This document shows positions 5,065 to 5,612 of a stretch of DNA of 5,612 nucleotides, piece after piece. Positions within the stretch are counted from its first letter, which is position 1, and every line of letters starts with the position of its first letter. The translations under genes and the position numbers were made by a program. The stretch covers positions 1 through 5,612 of IMG/VR virus record IMGVR_UViG_2548876695_000002; one strand, 5' to 3'. The notes under the pieces are model-generated. The model was not told the DNA's origin and did no database searches. It saw only the letters and a list, made by a program, of their open reading frames with translations. The stretch is from a virus (Duplodnaviria; Heunggongvirae; Uroviricota; Caudoviricetes).

Positions 5065-5511
5065 ATGAAGCAAACCTTTCTGCTTCGCAACGAAGCAATC
5101 AGAAATAACGCCATAGACGCCATTCTCTCACTACCCATCGACGACAAGTCACCCCACGAAGTCCACGTTAAAGAACCCAAGCGCAGCAAAGCGCAGAATG
5201 ACCGCATGTGGCCGATGCTGAACGATGTTTCGCGTCAGGTGCTATGGCATGGTCAACGGCTGGCGCCGGAAGACTGGAAAGACCTGTTCACTGCCCTGTG
5301 GCTTAAGACCAAAAAACTGGAGCAACGAAGTGTGCCTGGTATCGACGGTGGCGTTGTCATGCTTGGCGTGCGTACCAGCAAAATGCGGAAGGCCAGCATG
5401 ACTGAGCTTATCGAAATCATGTTCTGGTTCGGCTCAGAGCGCAACGTGCGGTGGAGTGATGACTCCTGGCGAGAGTATGAATGGTCACAACGAAAAGGGA
5501 GAGCTGCATGA
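5065..5511 (+). CDS. ninB: NinB (Orf-family recombination protein)
   Basis: 148 aa starting MKQTFLLRNEA... (lambda NinB MKKLTFEIRSP...), with conserved ...DQNRKLW / NDRMWP..., GDVSRQV / NDVSRQV and C-terminal ...EWKARWGDRAA versus ...EWSQRKGRAA. The upstream ATG at 5026 in the ORF track lacks support. GGAG at 5053-5056. Confidence 0.9.
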   Translation: MKQTFLLRNEAIRNNAIDAILSLPIDDKSPHEVHVKEPKRSKAQNDRMWPMLNDVSRQVLWHGQRLAPEDWKDLFTALWLKTKKLEQRSVPGIDGGVVMLGVRTSKMRKASMTELIEIMFWFGSERNVRWSDDSWREYEWSQRKGRAA

Positions 5512-5543
5512 CTATCAAATCAAATACGCCATCACACGACTGA
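5508..5543 (+). pseudogene. First 11 codons of the gene translationally coupled to ninB (ATGA overlap), truncated by the IS insertion
   Basis: ATG 5508 overlaps the ninB stop TGA 5509-5511, the arrangement at the lambda ninB/ninC junction. The reading frame MTIKSNTPSHD terminates at TGA 5541-5543, which is the first triplet of the IS inverted repeat. Confidence 0.4.
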
Positions 5544-5612
5544 ACCGCCCCGGAAATCCTGGAGACTAAACTCCCTGAGAAAGAGGTAAACAGGATGACT
5601 AAAAATACTCGT
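5541..5612 (+). mobile_element. Left terminus (IRL) and 5' end of an IS3-family insertion sequence, IS629-like; element continues beyond the window
   Basis: TGAACCGCCCCGGAAATCCTGGAGACTAAACTCCCTGAGAAAGAGGTAAACAGG-ATG-ACTAAAAATACTCGT matches the IS629 left end and OrfA start MTKNTR as I recall them. Inverted-repeat match to the sequence at 49-73. Confidence 0.75.
5596..5612 (+). CDS. IS3-family transposase OrfA, 5' partial (first 5 codons in window)
   Basis: ATG at 5596 preceded by AAAGAGG. MTKNTR is the remembered N-terminus of IS629/IS1203 OrfA. Only 17 nt fall in the window. Confidence 0.6.

Noticed and set aside
4901-5444. Minus-strand ORFs 4901-5098, 5022-5207, 5253-5444
   Set aside because: Antisense to the Lar-like gene and ninB; no RBS and no recognisable features.

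Overview
This window is the early-right (immunity and replication) module of a lambdoid prophage, almost certainly from E. coli or a close relative. Core genes in order: a leftward S24-peptidase cI repressor (759-1466), a divergent operator/promoter region, cro (1545-1772), cII (1911-2207), an OOP-like antisense RNA, replication initiator O (2240-3178) with the iteron origin embedded in it, P (3175-3876), ren (3873-4163), a tR2-like terminator, and ninB (5065-5511). O, P, ren and ninB read as lambda-like from memory, whereas cI, cro and cII are a non-lambda immunity type. Accessory content sits in three places: an AT-rich cassette left of cI in the position lambda uses for rexAB (113-aa ORF plus a truncated 72-aa ORF), an ~850-bp three-gene island between tR2 and ninB that includes a Lar-like zinc-ribbon gene interrupted at a G7 tract, and two IS3-family (IS629-like) termini at the window edges, each cutting a gene. 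The origin carries six iterons rather than the four I recall for lambda. All homology statements are from reading the translations and from memory; no database search was run.
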